Shown: positions 13,201 to 20,282, counted from the first letter of the stretch. The stretch is 64,000 nucleotides of DNA from Candidatus Hermodarchaeum yapensis (GCA_016840405.1 JAEOSK010000010.1:1-64000); one strand, 5' to 3'. Notes: generated from the letters alone by a model not told the origin. Numbers and translations: made by a program.

Positions 13201-13495
13201 CACCATAATAAAAATCGGAAACTTGTAGCGAAAGATTGGAACCTTGGGCGTATTCGGTGGTTGATAGTGTTGTTCCCATACCTTCATACTGATATTGTCC
13301 ATCTGAATAGACGGGACCTTCAGGGAGTGGGATTGGTGAACTTTGTACTCTTGTTGCAGAGTTGGAATCAATAGGTAATGGAGGGGTTTCTTTCGCTTCA
13401 CTCAAATTAGATGAAGGAGTGATCCCTTGTGGGAAGGCGATGGAGAAAAGAAAGAGGGCTAGTAAGAAGCCTAATATGATGGGTTTTCGGTTCAT
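1295..13495 (-). CDS. Giant single-pass cell-surface protein (~4,066 aa) with tandem Ig-like repeats and a cytoplasmic tail
   Basis: Signal peptide MNRKPIILGFLLALFLFSIAF (ATG 13495 preferred over TTG 13504 by comparison with the paralog). Thr/Ser/Tyr-rich beta-strand domains and many N-x-S/T sequons. TM helix YLIFYGSISAVIVVIALIGWILW (~2054-2122), then a charged, Pro-rich tail. Confidence 0.93.
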   Translation of the reverse strand: MNRKPIILGFLLALFLFSIAFPQGITPSSNLSEAKETPPLPIDSNSATRVQSSPIPLPEGPVYSDGQYQYEGMGTTLSTTEYAQGSNLSLQVSDFYYGEDEYGEIRLPAGWTGYQLDANVYNLYDQPYFMQGSRENGNFENIGTAWSSQYNIIPPDNTTNPFYGTLWGSGYGYSGNGVRTWIEWWSGFNWDATQYIVWRNAINIQRDDPEYAKLTFRVRVNLLAGSSGGRGRMVIFAEVAGIVYRQLLDERCPNNGQWYNLNISIPYDDLLTWSVPGNINVRLGLSWTGAQAAWDYEYWALDFDDVTLEVRGKVNPNHIWLDLMMNTTIAQTADYGVGTYSVPGTWANPTTVHEEVLAHWEATDNDARLVSFDYDLTLYITKEATTEQQVGPDGTQFVARNNTPVYLTTWVYSYQPYFFENYNLSIIRPTTETWTLYEVTDALFNDRTSVVTTTATHFELSTAAVNDVYGWWNFTLASTNRVSSITTNFDTFRISPGSPSTLTVEATISVSSGQANLTLYDPTGYPINESSQTVTSTTVTFPNIQFTDGTIYPAGDYTLCISYDNGDTYSITSAGFQSKIISIEHATTLTPDESDMWVTYADTGYFYPRVQFLDTDTNLPITGATVNGNVSGNPISFYASGGYYEAQIAKNILGPGDYVLSIDANKTDFDSKSTSINLFIRGGTSLTSPESPGLTVPYDEVFTVQVKYWDVYNNTGVTGATITTTGWPSTVVTPTGTAGWYNITVDTTDKPTPGTYSLAIQADLNYYQNQTLVLTIVIREISTTITYTPPGSVSWDEDVVISFNYTVNDPDSQHDGTGLSGASIIVQLDGTPLTEGTNYSLSDLGGGQYTLTILSSSGVIDSVKSYSLLLQVTPADSKYSDATRSINFNVRALETSITYDPPQPTPRGEDQVITFYYTVDDPDSSHDGEGITGVTSLTGTTLDGSALLGGEYTLVDNGGGQYTLTILYSSGRINTVKSYTLQLYVISPSSEYIGNNRQITFVIRALITQVTFEPIASTPWSEDIVITFYYRVSDTASSQHGTGIPGVTNITGSTLDGAPLLGGDYTLIDNGGGQYTLTILYSSGMINSITTYSLYVFVNTPDTQHENAAQTTSFTVRTLATQITYNPVIPVPWSENVIITFYYSVNDPASSQHGNGITGVTDISGSTLDGTPLTGGDYTLVDNGGGQYTLTILYSSGLITSIKTYSLYIYVNSPDSQHDDANQTIGFSIRAIQTFVTYDAVSPTPYGEDGEIIFYYTVNDPTSSQDGTGIPGVTDITGSTLDAIALDPGDYTLVDNGGGQYTLTILYSSGLVNSIKTYSLYIYVNSPDAQHEDATQTLSFTIRSLRTSISFDPIPQTPWGEDVIITFYYVINDLDSSNDGTGITGVTSITGSTLEAVALNPGEYTLVDNGGGQYTLTILYSSGVISNIQSYSLALHVDSPSTEYDSADRTTTFTVRVLGTKISYTPPLPTPWGQDVVIIVFYLVEDTSSAQHGNGITGVTSITGSTLDGAPLIAGDFTLVDNGVGQYTLTILYSSGRLSSIKTYTLELHFDAPAVQYDAADQTITFDIRTLTTQVTIDPPTQTPWSDDVIITFYYRVSDLASTQHGNGITGVTNIAGSTLDAVLLDPGDFTFVDNGGGQYTLTILYSSGKINTVQSYSLYLYVNSPDAQHDDANQIITFDVRTLATEITYDPVIPVPWSEDVVIIFYYKVNDPSSSHHGNGISGVTSIAGSQLDGAPLLVTDYTFEDNGGGQYTLTLLFTSGIINNIKTYTLDLHVVAPDSQHDDADQTITFEIRTIRTFITYDAVSPTPYGEDVEIIFYYTVNDPTSSQDGSGITSVTSITGSTLDAVALDPGDYTLVDNGGGQYTLTILFSSGKLSSVKLYSLIVFVVSPDAQHENASQTISFSVRTLRTSISFDPIPQTPWGEDVVITFYYIINDLDSSNDGTGIIAVTSITGSTLDAVALNPGEYTLVDDGGGQYTLTILFSSGVISSIKSYSMALHVVAPSAEYDTADRTTSFTVRLLGTKITYTPPLPTPWGQDVVITVFYLVEDTSSAQHGNGIIGVTSISGSTLDAIALVSGDYSLVDNGGGQYTLTLLYSSGKLSSIRTYTLELHFDAPAAQYDDADQTITFDIRALTTHVTIDPPSPTPWGDDVVITFYYRVSDLASIQHGNGITGLTDISGSTLNAVGLVGTDYTLVDEGAGQYTLTILNSSARINNIQSYTLYLYVNKPAANYDDADRSVQFDVRSIVTLINYTPTPPVPRGTNVVIIFNYQVNDPASSQHGIGITGITSLAGSLLEGGALNPGDYTLVDNGGGQYTLTILFSSGRISSIQTYSLDLYVNSPDTQHDDASINIGFEIRTIRTAIIYDPVGSTAWGLDVIIVFNYIVDDSASGEDGNGITGVTSIAGTLLDGSVLDPGDYTLVDNGGGQYTLTILYSSGKISIVKIYSLALHVIAPDAYHQNADQTIGFRIRNHYIASDIDPITTIPWQNNGSMVLRVDDDDEPGTSFPDADLIAIRILGPTTLFIDSGNWTQWVENGLPDDGIFTVTIDTTGWALGTHALDIYVYTSASYENDTVYTAATIRALATSFTYQSPPVVAWGEDGILEVNYTVSDTIAFQNGDPITGATISIATLTLGVNFTFLDNADGTYTITIFATELPTNQTYFFDILISSPAQFTNRELSNVPITVRALFTTLAYSRVPTTPYGDNVTVDVQYFILDGQSSNNGAFISGATITVTGIGGLVLLPSDYSVTPYPGYYRITITKALGIESYEIEVDAYHPTDPYRSARIANPPMSFNIRTVYTEIEKEPVDAAPYGEDFYITIIYRVRDDASSQDGDGITGSDQNTIFTNGSWSNPSFSLSDLGNGQYLITINSNQTPSPGSYWINITLGWIADPSDYEEQWVGVWLTSETRETRIINTNPPDTNYADNVIVYLNYTDVLDDWGIDNLTTGTYVRIRILHAANDSEISATYYIEDITFGAGWSEPTLYYRVLINASELGAVNIIFNLKIEASWIGGNAPFYTIATKAFSVRTVGTETILYSETIQTEPTGDDIIINLHYETTGGGLITNGSEYVGILVECDDITGWNDSYWYVPASSWPGTDGNYTLIIRGSMNLDIGTYSFRITLTWPTGFDPQYFPYYASAETFVSARVREIRTTLDWSQPSTLYYSQWLVIEALYQDRDHGFENITDVIWFIDIGLTFNYTQRMDGTWVIMIDTTGLAAGAFSFYLTASKSNYEEQIRDVDITIHKAPLSLVKIDPIGENIIVYWGELIPVTVYLEDVLTGTPMTSANGTEIIYKWYTSDWELMTYTGTPGFYTIIPTLDTGLAEATGTQLIIQTNMTDYETEFFIFTVSIQAVNTRLDIPTGNSTAIQVYIDDKITLFVTFWSVHENETFWNFLNNAAIRALNASTSLVLKNFTFIADGTYYCEFDTSDWRIQPQTITVTAGAANTIPQQITFTITVRYKPCEIIVEETAYSADYKQNVIINVFLNDTRGFGLWNPINGHTLYLLWQGIPYNFIENGTDGWYNCSFPANETPSSQARIISIYHPIFSKYSDSSTSVPLTISKAKTTLELISAYTIVTIDGIDYNVSVPYSNPSWFIPIGDTLILTFDYKDMSNSSLLEEEVLARTISFITAVDFTFDSDFGYWTVYFQFNTSATRELIIEFRSDFYENQMTSKSLEVGPIPMELSLTQPIPNTLYIGTTYSFGLYLNDTYHNAPVSGAEVNYEHEGPIGGTISVNPDPIHPGFYNITISTSFVSSTTLTLIAEKFNYNPVNQIESFVNIEFTELTNYLIFYGSISAVIVVIALIGWILWARVYSIPWEVRRLRKLAKTVEKDEGYKLGRKDLKRFQARAVTMQSKVDTAMGTIGVAATSAMIPKTEEVEEITATEEDIMTELDKIPGLGPEEKTVLANEMRKIPRKDRIWFLDDLKRQMGQRRMDFLTQREEPITPPPEVAPVKAPPKPTPPETPSIKPEKPPLEEVPPEEPPEPKVKREDRTAPTVLPPELQEAPAAPVAVIAEIRRELAKIPDLSDVEKEALVDHLKYLSKEERQATYNSLRQNANMDE
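6080..11161 (-). repeat. Intragenic tandem array of 15 x ~339 bp (113 aa) with a 5-unit (1,695-bp) super-repeat
   Basis: The motif DNGGGQYTLTILYSSG or a close variant occurs 15 times at ~339-bp spacing. A 51-bp identical stretch lies at 8001-8051 and 9696-9746 (offset 1,695 = 5 x 339). Confidence 0.95.
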
Positions 13496-13628
13496 GTTTG
13501 TCAATCCCGGGGGTGCACGGTATCATGTTAAAGCGGAACCTTCGAAGCTCAACCGGTTGATGTGAGTCTGTTGTGAACTCTGCTCCCTGTTTTGGATTAT
13601 GAAGTTGTCCGCTTTCTGTAACCAAACC
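13496..13628 (-). ncRNA. Putative structured 5' leader RNA of the giant gene
   Basis: Outer stem AAAGCGGA (13530-13537)/TCCGCTTT (13608-13615), extendable by GTTA/TAAC and CTTC/GAAG. It encloses the palindrome TCAACCGGTTGA (13549-13560) and GAGT/ACTC (13564-13580). CCCGGG lies at the RBS position. Confidence 0.4.
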
Positions 13629-13667
13629 ACAAAGAACCGAATATGTGACGTTTTAAATACGTTTAGC
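13622..13667 (-). promoter_or_regulatory. Archaeal TATA promoter (TTTAAA at 13657-13652) with putative start motif GGTTTGG (13628-13622)
   Basis: Matches the arrangement upstream of the paralog at 1211-1175. Confidence 0.6.
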
Positions 13668-13920
13668 TGGTTTGATGGTTATTTGATTAGACGCTGTTTG
13701 CTATAAAGGGTTAAAAGCACAGACTCTCCAAACCAGTCTAATTCGAAGGCTTTTTCTCATTTTTTGCGTTCATTTCCTCCTTGTGACCACGAATCTGGTC
13801 AGATTTTCACAGATATTATATGTACGCTGACCACACCCAATGAATAATGGGGATGAACTTCCCCGATTAATCGCCATAACCGGTCGAGGAACGACTTGTG
13901 AATTCAACGAATGAGAGTAG

Positions 13921-16900
13921 ATGAACATGACTGATGAACTGGATCTTGAAATTGTAGAAGGCTATCGGAAAGACCTAGCGAAACCGATGGCTGCGATGTT
14001 CAATTCCTGGGATGAATTGTGGCCTGGTGGGTTTACGCAAGGTGTGCCGATGACACCTGAAAGGGTGGACAAGGATTTTGGGTCGCAACGAACGGTTATG
14101 CAGCTGATTGCTCTGGATAAAACGACGAATGAAACGGTGGGCTATTGTTCCTTATTGCAGCATTGGCGGGATAAGGAAGCGGCCTATATTGGGCTTCTGG
14201 GGGTTTCGCCACAAGCCTTGGGGAAAAAGGTGGGCAAACAGCTGCTCTTACGAAGCATGGAGATAGCTACACAGAACGGTTTTGAACGTGTTGACCTGCA
14301 CACTTGGGCAGGGAACCTTCGGGCCGTACCCTTGTATAAGAAAATGGGCTTAATGTGGGATCCTGAAGGCGAAGGAGTACATCTACGAGGATACATTCCT
14401 GGAATCCTGCAACATCCGTTATGTGCTCTTTTCTTTAACGTCCATGATGCTCCTCTTGGGTGGTATGTTTTCCAGCAACGGGACCTCGCCCAAGCACCGG
14501 ACGATATGCAGCAGAATGGCATGAAAGTCTTTTCGTATTCTTTTCAGGCTGATTCGGATGTATTACATGTGGTGGTTGATCGATATGCTAGTGCTATCTC
14601 AGGGGTTGAGTATACCGTTGCTGACCAGCGGTTGAAGGTGAATGCCAGGGTTAAAGATCATTTGGTGTTCTGTGGGATTCCATCTGAGTATATCCTTGAA
14701 GTGGAAAATGGCCTAGCTGAAACCTGTTCAGTGTATGTTCAACTGGAAGGCTTTTCGGGATTGCATTTTCAGAGCAGTACTGAGCATTCTTTGGTGATTC
14801 CTCCAAACGAATCCACTGTGATTGTAGCCCCCTTTTCGCTTGATGCGACGACGCCCATATTTCGTAAGGATTTCAAAAGTCCGGTAATAACAGCGAACCT
14901 AGAAATTAATGGCAAAAAGGCTCAGCTGCAGACTGGGTTGAAGATTCAATCCGCGGCAGAAATTCAACTAAAATTTGGACATTGTCGTATTGTGCCAGGG
15001 GGCAAAGTTGAGTTTCCCGTCACAATCCAGAACAATACTGTGCTTCCCTTGGAGGGGACAATTCAGTTTCATCTTCCCGATGCACCAATCAGTGTCTCAC
15101 CAGTGGAAACCGGTGTGAAACTAAAATCAGAAGGTGTCGCAGGTCTAGCTATCGACGTATTGGCAGCTCCGGAGCTCAATCCTGGAACATATGATATCTG
15201 GGCATCGCTTCAACTACAGTCAAGCAAGGATACGAACGTCTCAGTGACAACTCGGCAATTTCGAATTCCGATCTTCAACATAGCCGAAGGGAATGTGGCG
15301 ATTGGCGAAGATGACTGGCAACGGCGAATTATTGTTGCAGGCAGGGACTATTTTGTTGAAATGGCCCGGGAGGGTGGAACGGTCACAATCCCTTTCCTCT
15401 TTGGGATTGGGGGCTCTCTCTTCCTTCGAAGGGAAATTGGTCCACCATTTGGACTCAGCCCCTTTCGATATGCTGAACAGGATATTCAAGTGGACCAACA
15501 AGCGACATCAACACAAATCACTCTGAGTGCGGAGCATTTTGAACGCCCCCTCCTTGTTGAAACACGTGTTATTCTCGAAAAGAATAGTCCAGTAATTCAG
15601 CAGGAGACTTGGGTTACTAATAATGGATCGGAAAGTCACACATTTCAACTACGCCTTATCGGACCAGGGGGCATCATAGTTGGCGGTGGAAAGTCAATCC
15701 TTCCCTTAACCTCGGGTATAGTCGAAGATAGGTTATCGAGTCTCCTAGTGAGTTACCCGGCAATCTCCAGTAATCCAGACAGCTTCATGGAATCGTGGGT
15801 CGCTGCATCCACGCCCACCTTTACGCGTGGTCAAGTATGGAACCCTGAGAACGTGGAAGAAGTCCGCATTGGCCTTGGTCGTATTGGACGCCTTAGTTAT
15901 CGTCCCGTCACATTAAGTTCTGCAGAAAAACGACGAATTAGCCAAGTATTTTATGTTGCACGAGCGATTGACTGGAATGAAGTGCGTCGTGTTTGGCAGG
16001 AAAGGGTGGAAAAGCGGATTTCACTTCAAAACGAAGAACAAATTCTTATGGAAACGTCGTCGCCCATGAGGATTGCTCCACCACCAATTATCATTCCTCA
16101 TCGAGATACAATTAAACGGAATTTTTCTTTCCAATATGTATCTACAAGTCCTCAAACGGGTGAATTTACAATTGAACCTCCACCTGGTTGGATCGCATCA
16201 TTAAGGCTTCAGAATGAAATGGCTGCAGGGACATCAGTATTGGTTGAGAATGTCACAGGTAAGAATCTTCCACAACTGCATTTGGTTCTCAGACCGAGTA
16301 AGACTATCCCTGATCAATTTGCGATTTTCACTGGACAAGCGAGTTGGCAAATCCCTGTTGGAGAACGCCAATCTTTTCCCATCGTACAGTTGGGTTCATC
16401 AAAAGACGTTGTTGAAATCACTGAAGAAGAAGACCAGGGACTGACAAGCTTTCGCATTTCGAACGGGGTACTTGAATTCAAGGTGTCAGCAGAGTATGGT
16501 GGCTGTCTTTATTCACTCAAGAACTCATTGGGAACTGAACTCCTTAGGACGGCATTTCCAACTCCGACACCTAACGTGTTTCAACAGAACTACCATGGTG
16601 GATGGCAACCCTTTGTTTCAGGAATTGATGAAGAAATCTTTCAGGCAACCACCAATCAAGAGAAAATGCGAGTAAAAACCTGTAAGATAGGCGATATTTG
16701 GAAGGGTGTAGAAATTCGATGGAAAGGGAAGTTACAACCCTGTTGTCGTGGAGTGGACTTTACTCTCCAATACTTAACGGCTCCGGGTAGCCCTCTTATT
16801 TTGTCTAACTGGGAAATCCGAAATTCAACCACTGCAGCGCTTCGACTATTGGCGTTTCAGGGCCTGGATCCCGCATTTAATGGAGATCTCTCGGGTGCCA

Positions 16901-17223
16901 TTCTCCGAACGCAATGGGGAGATACTCTAACAGATTTACGAGGAAGCCCAATACCTGCGGCGTTTATGCCTGATTCGAATTTTACATGGCTCCAGCGCAA
17001 TCCAACGAAGAATGATGTTGTTGAGAGTACAGCATTTCTTAATTCGGGAACCCAGCCTAGCTTACTTGTGCTTTTAACCCATGAATTTAGTTGGATCTTC
17101 TCCTATTCGGATCTCTTCCTTCGTGCAAAAGAGAAACGCACGCTTCGGTCAGCGATTTTCATCAATCCGCTTGATGGGAAACATATCAAAGAAATCCAGC
17201 ACCTGCTTGATGTTCTTTTCTAA
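13921..17223 (+). CDS. Large multidomain GNAT-family N-acetyltransferase (1,100 aa)
   Basis: N-terminal GNAT motifs LGVSPQALGKKVGKQLL and GNLRAVPLYKKMG. The remaining ~900 aa are beta-rich and cannot be assigned. Confidence 0.85.
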   Translation: MNMTDELDLEIVEGYRKDLAKPMAAMFNSWDELWPGGFTQGVPMTPERVDKDFGSQRTVMQLIALDKTTNETVGYCSLLQHWRDKEAAYIGLLGVSPQALGKKVGKQLLLRSMEIATQNGFERVDLHTWAGNLRAVPLYKKMGLMWDPEGEGVHLRGYIPGILQHPLCALFFNVHDAPLGWYVFQQRDLAQAPDDMQQNGMKVFSYSFQADSDVLHVVVDRYASAISGVEYTVADQRLKVNARVKDHLVFCGIPSEYILEVENGLAETCSVYVQLEGFSGLHFQSSTEHSLVIPPNESTVIVAPFSLDATTPIFRKDFKSPVITANLEINGKKAQLQTGLKIQSAAEIQLKFGHCRIVPGGKVEFPVTIQNNTVLPLEGTIQFHLPDAPISVSPVETGVKLKSEGVAGLAIDVLAAPELNPGTYDIWASLQLQSSKDTNVSVTTRQFRIPIFNIAEGNVAIGEDDWQRRIIVAGRDYFVEMAREGGTVTIPFLFGIGGSLFLRREIGPPFGLSPFRYAEQDIQVDQQATSTQITLSAEHFERPLLVETRVILEKNSPVIQQETWVTNNGSESHTFQLRLIGPGGIIVGGGKSILPLTSGIVEDRLSSLLVSYPAISSNPDSFMESWVAASTPTFTRGQVWNPENVEEVRIGLGRIGRLSYRPVTLSSAEKRRISQVFYVARAIDWNEVRRVWQERVEKRISLQNEEQILMETSSPMRIAPPPIIIPHRDTIKRNFSFQYVSTSPQTGEFTIEPPPGWIASLRLQNEMAAGTSVLVENVTGKNLPQLHLVLRPSKTIPDQFAIFTGQASWQIPVGERQSFPIVQLGSSKDVVEITEEEDQGLTSFRISNGVLEFKVSAEYGGCLYSLKNSLGTELLRTAFPTPTPNVFQQNYHGGWQPFVSGIDEEIFQATTNQEKMRVKTCKIGDIWKGVEIRWKGKLQPCCRGVDFTLQYLTAPGSPLILSNWEIRNSTTAALRLLAFQGLDPAFNGDLSGAILRTQWGDTLTDLRGSPIPAAFMPDSNFTWLQRNPTKNDVVESTAFLNSGTQPSLLVLLTHEFSWIFSYSDLFLRAKEKRTLRSAIFINPLDGKHIKEIQHLLDVLF

Positions 17224-17351
17224 TGCTTTCATTGAATTCAGGTAAGAAAACGCTCTACTATCGAATGACTTATTTCTTCTAAGAAGAGAAGGTTATTTAG
17301 GCTAGGACCTGCCTTTGAGGTAGTTGGCTTGCTTCAGCGAGGAATCGGACA

Positions 17352-18035
17352 GTGAAGCTGATAGTATCGTGTCCCACATGTGGTGAAAAAGGTGAACTAG
17401 AGGTTCCTGAGACTACGTGGGAACGGATGGAATCGAATATAATTATCGGGCGAGTTCCACCTGGTAAAGTCTGTGAGCATGGCTTCAAAGTGGAATTTTC
17501 CCGCTCAGGGTTGGTTTTGGGATATCATGACCTCAACGCTGAAGCGAAGGATTTTCAGATTCGCCCTGTGAGTTTTACTGTTCAGAGTGCTATCCGAAAT
17601 TTGAGCATTGATGTAGTGGCAGCATTATTGACTGCCGGAATTAGTGAGGAAACAATTGTCCTAATGGGTTCGTTAGCCGTGACTATGGGTATCCGTGAAT
17701 TCATGGAACGAGTGTTACCGGACAGTGTGGATGTAGGATCGGCTATCTATATGGTGACGAAGGAAGAGTATGCGGACTTACCCGAATCAACGAAAAAACA
17801 TATGACAGTTGACCTTTCGATGAAAACGATAATCAATCCTGCTTTTGATGATGAACAGTTGGAGTGGGTTCGGCGAGTACTCCAGCGTGCGAACATGGTG
17901 ACAGATCAACAAGTATCTGAGGACTTAATTTTGAAAGAGACCTCCAAGTTACGCACGACGGTGAGTTTACTCCGCCATTTGGCTACACGACGGGGCGCAG
18001 GAATCGAGGGGAAAAAGAAGGCGGGTCTCGAATAA
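17352..18035 (+). CDS. Asgard-type Zn-finger protein with a possible DENN-like C-terminal domain
   Basis: N-terminal CPTC...CEH module. VVAALLTAGISEETIVLMGS...FMERVLP resembles the core DENN helix-strand-helix pattern. Confidence 0.55.
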   Translation: MKLIVSCPTCGEKGELEVPETTWERMESNIIIGRVPPGKVCEHGFKVEFSRSGLVLGYHDLNAEAKDFQIRPVSFTVQSAIRNLSIDVVAALLTAGISEETIVLMGSLAVTMGIREFMERVLPDSVDVGSAIYMVTKEEYADLPESTKKHMTVDLSMKTIINPAFDDEQLEWVRRVLQRANMVTDQQVSEDLILKETSKLRTTVSLLRHLATRRGAGIEGKKKAGLE

Positions 18036-18055
18036 TCGTCTAGCGATTTCTGGGA

Positions 18056-20146
18056 TTATGCTTTTTCATTTGAGCTACGGTAAATGTCGATACAGGAGAG
18101 TTTGATTTGGGTGTGTATCCGTTCAGGGATGAGTTGGGATTGCCAAAGGGCATGTAATCCTGAATAAAGAAGGCTTTCAATTTGCGGGTCTTGGAGAAGA
18201 TTATGACGTGGAGAAAATCGGGTAATTTCTTTCGCAATTTTGGCATCATTTTCGAGAGCCGTTTCAAGAGGTTCTTTCAGATATTTCACGAGCTCAGGTG
18301 AGAGTGGTGCCACAGGTGCGGTTCGCTGTCCAATCGACAAGGCCGAGGTTTGTTTGGTGGGCGGGATAACAAGGGGTGGAATCACAATGAGTTTGATTGT
18401 ATCATCTGCACGTTTCAAACCGGCCAGATAGATTGGGACATAAATCGGTTTGTCCGAGTCAGCTGGTAACGAAGCACCTGGTTCAATGAGATACTGTTGA
18501 AACGTCGAGAGTTGATTTTGACTAAAGTTAATGTGATTGACTATGAGGTCGTCAACCTCTGTTTCATAGCTTTTGAGTTTATCTAACCTATCGCGAGTTT
18601 CCTGGAGACGGATTTCTCTTTCCTCTTCTAAAACGTCAACTCGCGCGATCTCTTTCTTTTCTTGGGCCTCATAGCCGTGGCGGACTTTGGCTTTTCGTTC
18701 ATCTGACTGGCGATCCAAATCATCAAGAGCTCGTTGTGTTTGTTGAATTTGCTTTCGCGTTTCTTTTGAATGATTCCGCAGATCTGTTGCAAAGGTGTTG
18801 AACTGATCAAGGGTCTGATTCAGTCGATTGAGATAGCTATCAGCGCCTAGATTGCCGCCAGTTTTCTTTGCCATAAATTCTTCGAGGGCTGCATGTTGTT
18901 GGGCGATTTCTTGGTTGATGGGTTCGAGGCTGGTTTTCAGTGGAATGAGTAGTTTCTTTTCTTGGTCTTGTCGCCAGCGGTCCACCTCAGTGATATCTCT
19001 GTTTTCTTGTTTTGCTAATTCTGTTAAGGCACCATCAATTTCACGTTTCAGTGTGGCTTTCCGCGTGTCGTAGTGCTCTTCAAGTGTAGTAATTTCTGTT
19101 TGAATACGTTCTTCCCATGACTGGATATCCTTTTGGAAATGTGAGCGGAATTGGGTCCATTGATTGGCGGCTTCTTTATGAGTCTCTATGGCTTCTGCAA
19201 AAAACTGTTCAGCCTCTTTTTTGGCCTGACCGTAATTCAATCGGCTGGGCAGTTCAACGCCAAATTGGTTATCCCCATTTGTAATTCGTGAGAGCTGCTG
19301 CATGAGATGAGCGAGTTCAGTGGGGACGGTGTGGATATCAAAGGGAGTAGACTGGGCAGCGGTTCGGACTTCGTCCTTGAGTTTATCCATTACCGCTAGG
19401 TATTCAGGTGATGCGTTCACCTTGAGAAGTGCTTCATAACGACTGGCTGGCGGGACAAATCCACGAGCCACTTGCGGTTGAAGGAGTTTGAGTCCGTCAA
19501 TAAGCAGAAGCTGATTTTCAGGACTAGGCACAACCCAGAAGGGCCAAAGAAGTTTGGCAATAAATTCGTAGCATCCTTCGTTGATTGGCTTGAAGCCGTT
19601 ATCGGCTCGACGAATGTCATCAAGGAGGAGGTGGATGGCTGCGAGTTCTAATCGTGAATCTAAAATCCAATCGCCATTGACTTCGGGATCATCTAGAGCT
19701 TTGCCTTGGAGCTTGGACCCATCTAAAGCAAAGGGGAGTGTGAAGAGGGTTTCATGTCCTTCAGAGGTGCGTTTGGTAGAAACGATGAGTTCGATGTCTT
19801 TCCCAAATTTCTTAAACGGTGTTGGGTTACCATCCCAGTCTGCCACGCGATCAGCGAACTTCTCGATGAATTGGCGTTTGACCTCAGTTAAAACGATCTT
19901 TACGTCTTTTGGGTTATGCCCCTTATCGGAGGCAATGGCGAACAGCAGATCCTCGGTGTGCTCATAATAGAAACTGACGTCTCCCATTTGAATGGTTTCA
20001 ATGCCGCCGTGGCCCAGCTCTTCAGCGAAAGCAGAGAGTGCGCTATAGAACCCACTGAAGATGACTTCATCGACGCCCCGCTTGCTGAACGCCTTGTGTA
20101 CTAGGACTTCACCAGTCCGTTTAAGTACATAAACATCCCGAATCAT
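18056..20146 (-). CDS. Longin-domain protein with a long coiled coil
   Basis: The N-terminal ~120 aa (VYVLKRTGEVLV...IFSGFYSALSAFAEEL...F..KF....WDG) is typical of Asgard longin domains. The central ~250 aa is a charged heptad region. Confidence 0.8.
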   Translation of the reverse strand: MIRDVYVLKRTGEVLVHKAFSKRGVDEVIFSGFYSALSAFAEELGHGGIETIQMGDVSFYYEHTEDLLFAIASDKGHNPKDVKIVLTEVKRQFIEKFADRVADWDGNPTPFKKFGKDIELIVSTKRTSEGHETLFTLPFALDGSKLQGKALDDPEVNGDWILDSRLELAAIHLLLDDIRRADNGFKPINEGCYEFIAKLLWPFWVVPSPENQLLLIDGLKLLQPQVARGFVPPASRYEALLKVNASPEYLAVMDKLKDEVRTAAQSTPFDIHTVPTELAHLMQQLSRITNGDNQFGVELPSRLNYGQAKKEAEQFFAEAIETHKEAANQWTQFRSHFQKDIQSWEERIQTEITTLEEHYDTRKATLKREIDGALTELAKQENRDITEVDRWRQDQEKKLLIPLKTSLEPINQEIAQQHAALEEFMAKKTGGNLGADSYLNRLNQTLDQFNTFATDLRNHSKETRKQIQQTQRALDDLDRQSDERKAKVRHGYEAQEKKEIARVDVLEEEREIRLQETRDRLDKLKSYETEVDDLIVNHINFSQNQLSTFQQYLIEPGASLPADSDKPIYVPIYLAGLKRADDTIKLIVIPPLVIPPTKQTSALSIGQRTAPVAPLSPELVKYLKEPLETALENDAKIAKEITRFSPRHNLLQDPQIESLLYSGLHALWQSQLIPERIHTQIKLSCIDIYRSSNEKA

Positions 20147-20282
20147 ACGAGCGTCACTGCTTAGTGTGCAACTATGTAAAAAACGTGACGGAAATTATAA
20201 TAACCCGACTTAACTCTCGGTGCGCTTTTTTCCGGTTCACTACGCCTTGAATCGGAAATACCCGAACTTGGTCGTGCGCTCT

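Noticed and set aside
13784-13801. Inverted repeat TGACCA-N6-TGGTCA upstream of the GNAT gene
   Set aside because: A single short occurrence with no second copy noticed; it may be chance.
13849-13910. GGGGATGAACTTCCCC...ATAACCG resembling the 5' part of a fluoride riboswitch
   Set aside because: The 3' GCTGATGAC element and pseudoknot partner are missing, and the downstream gene is not fluoride-related. An Rfam scan would settle it.
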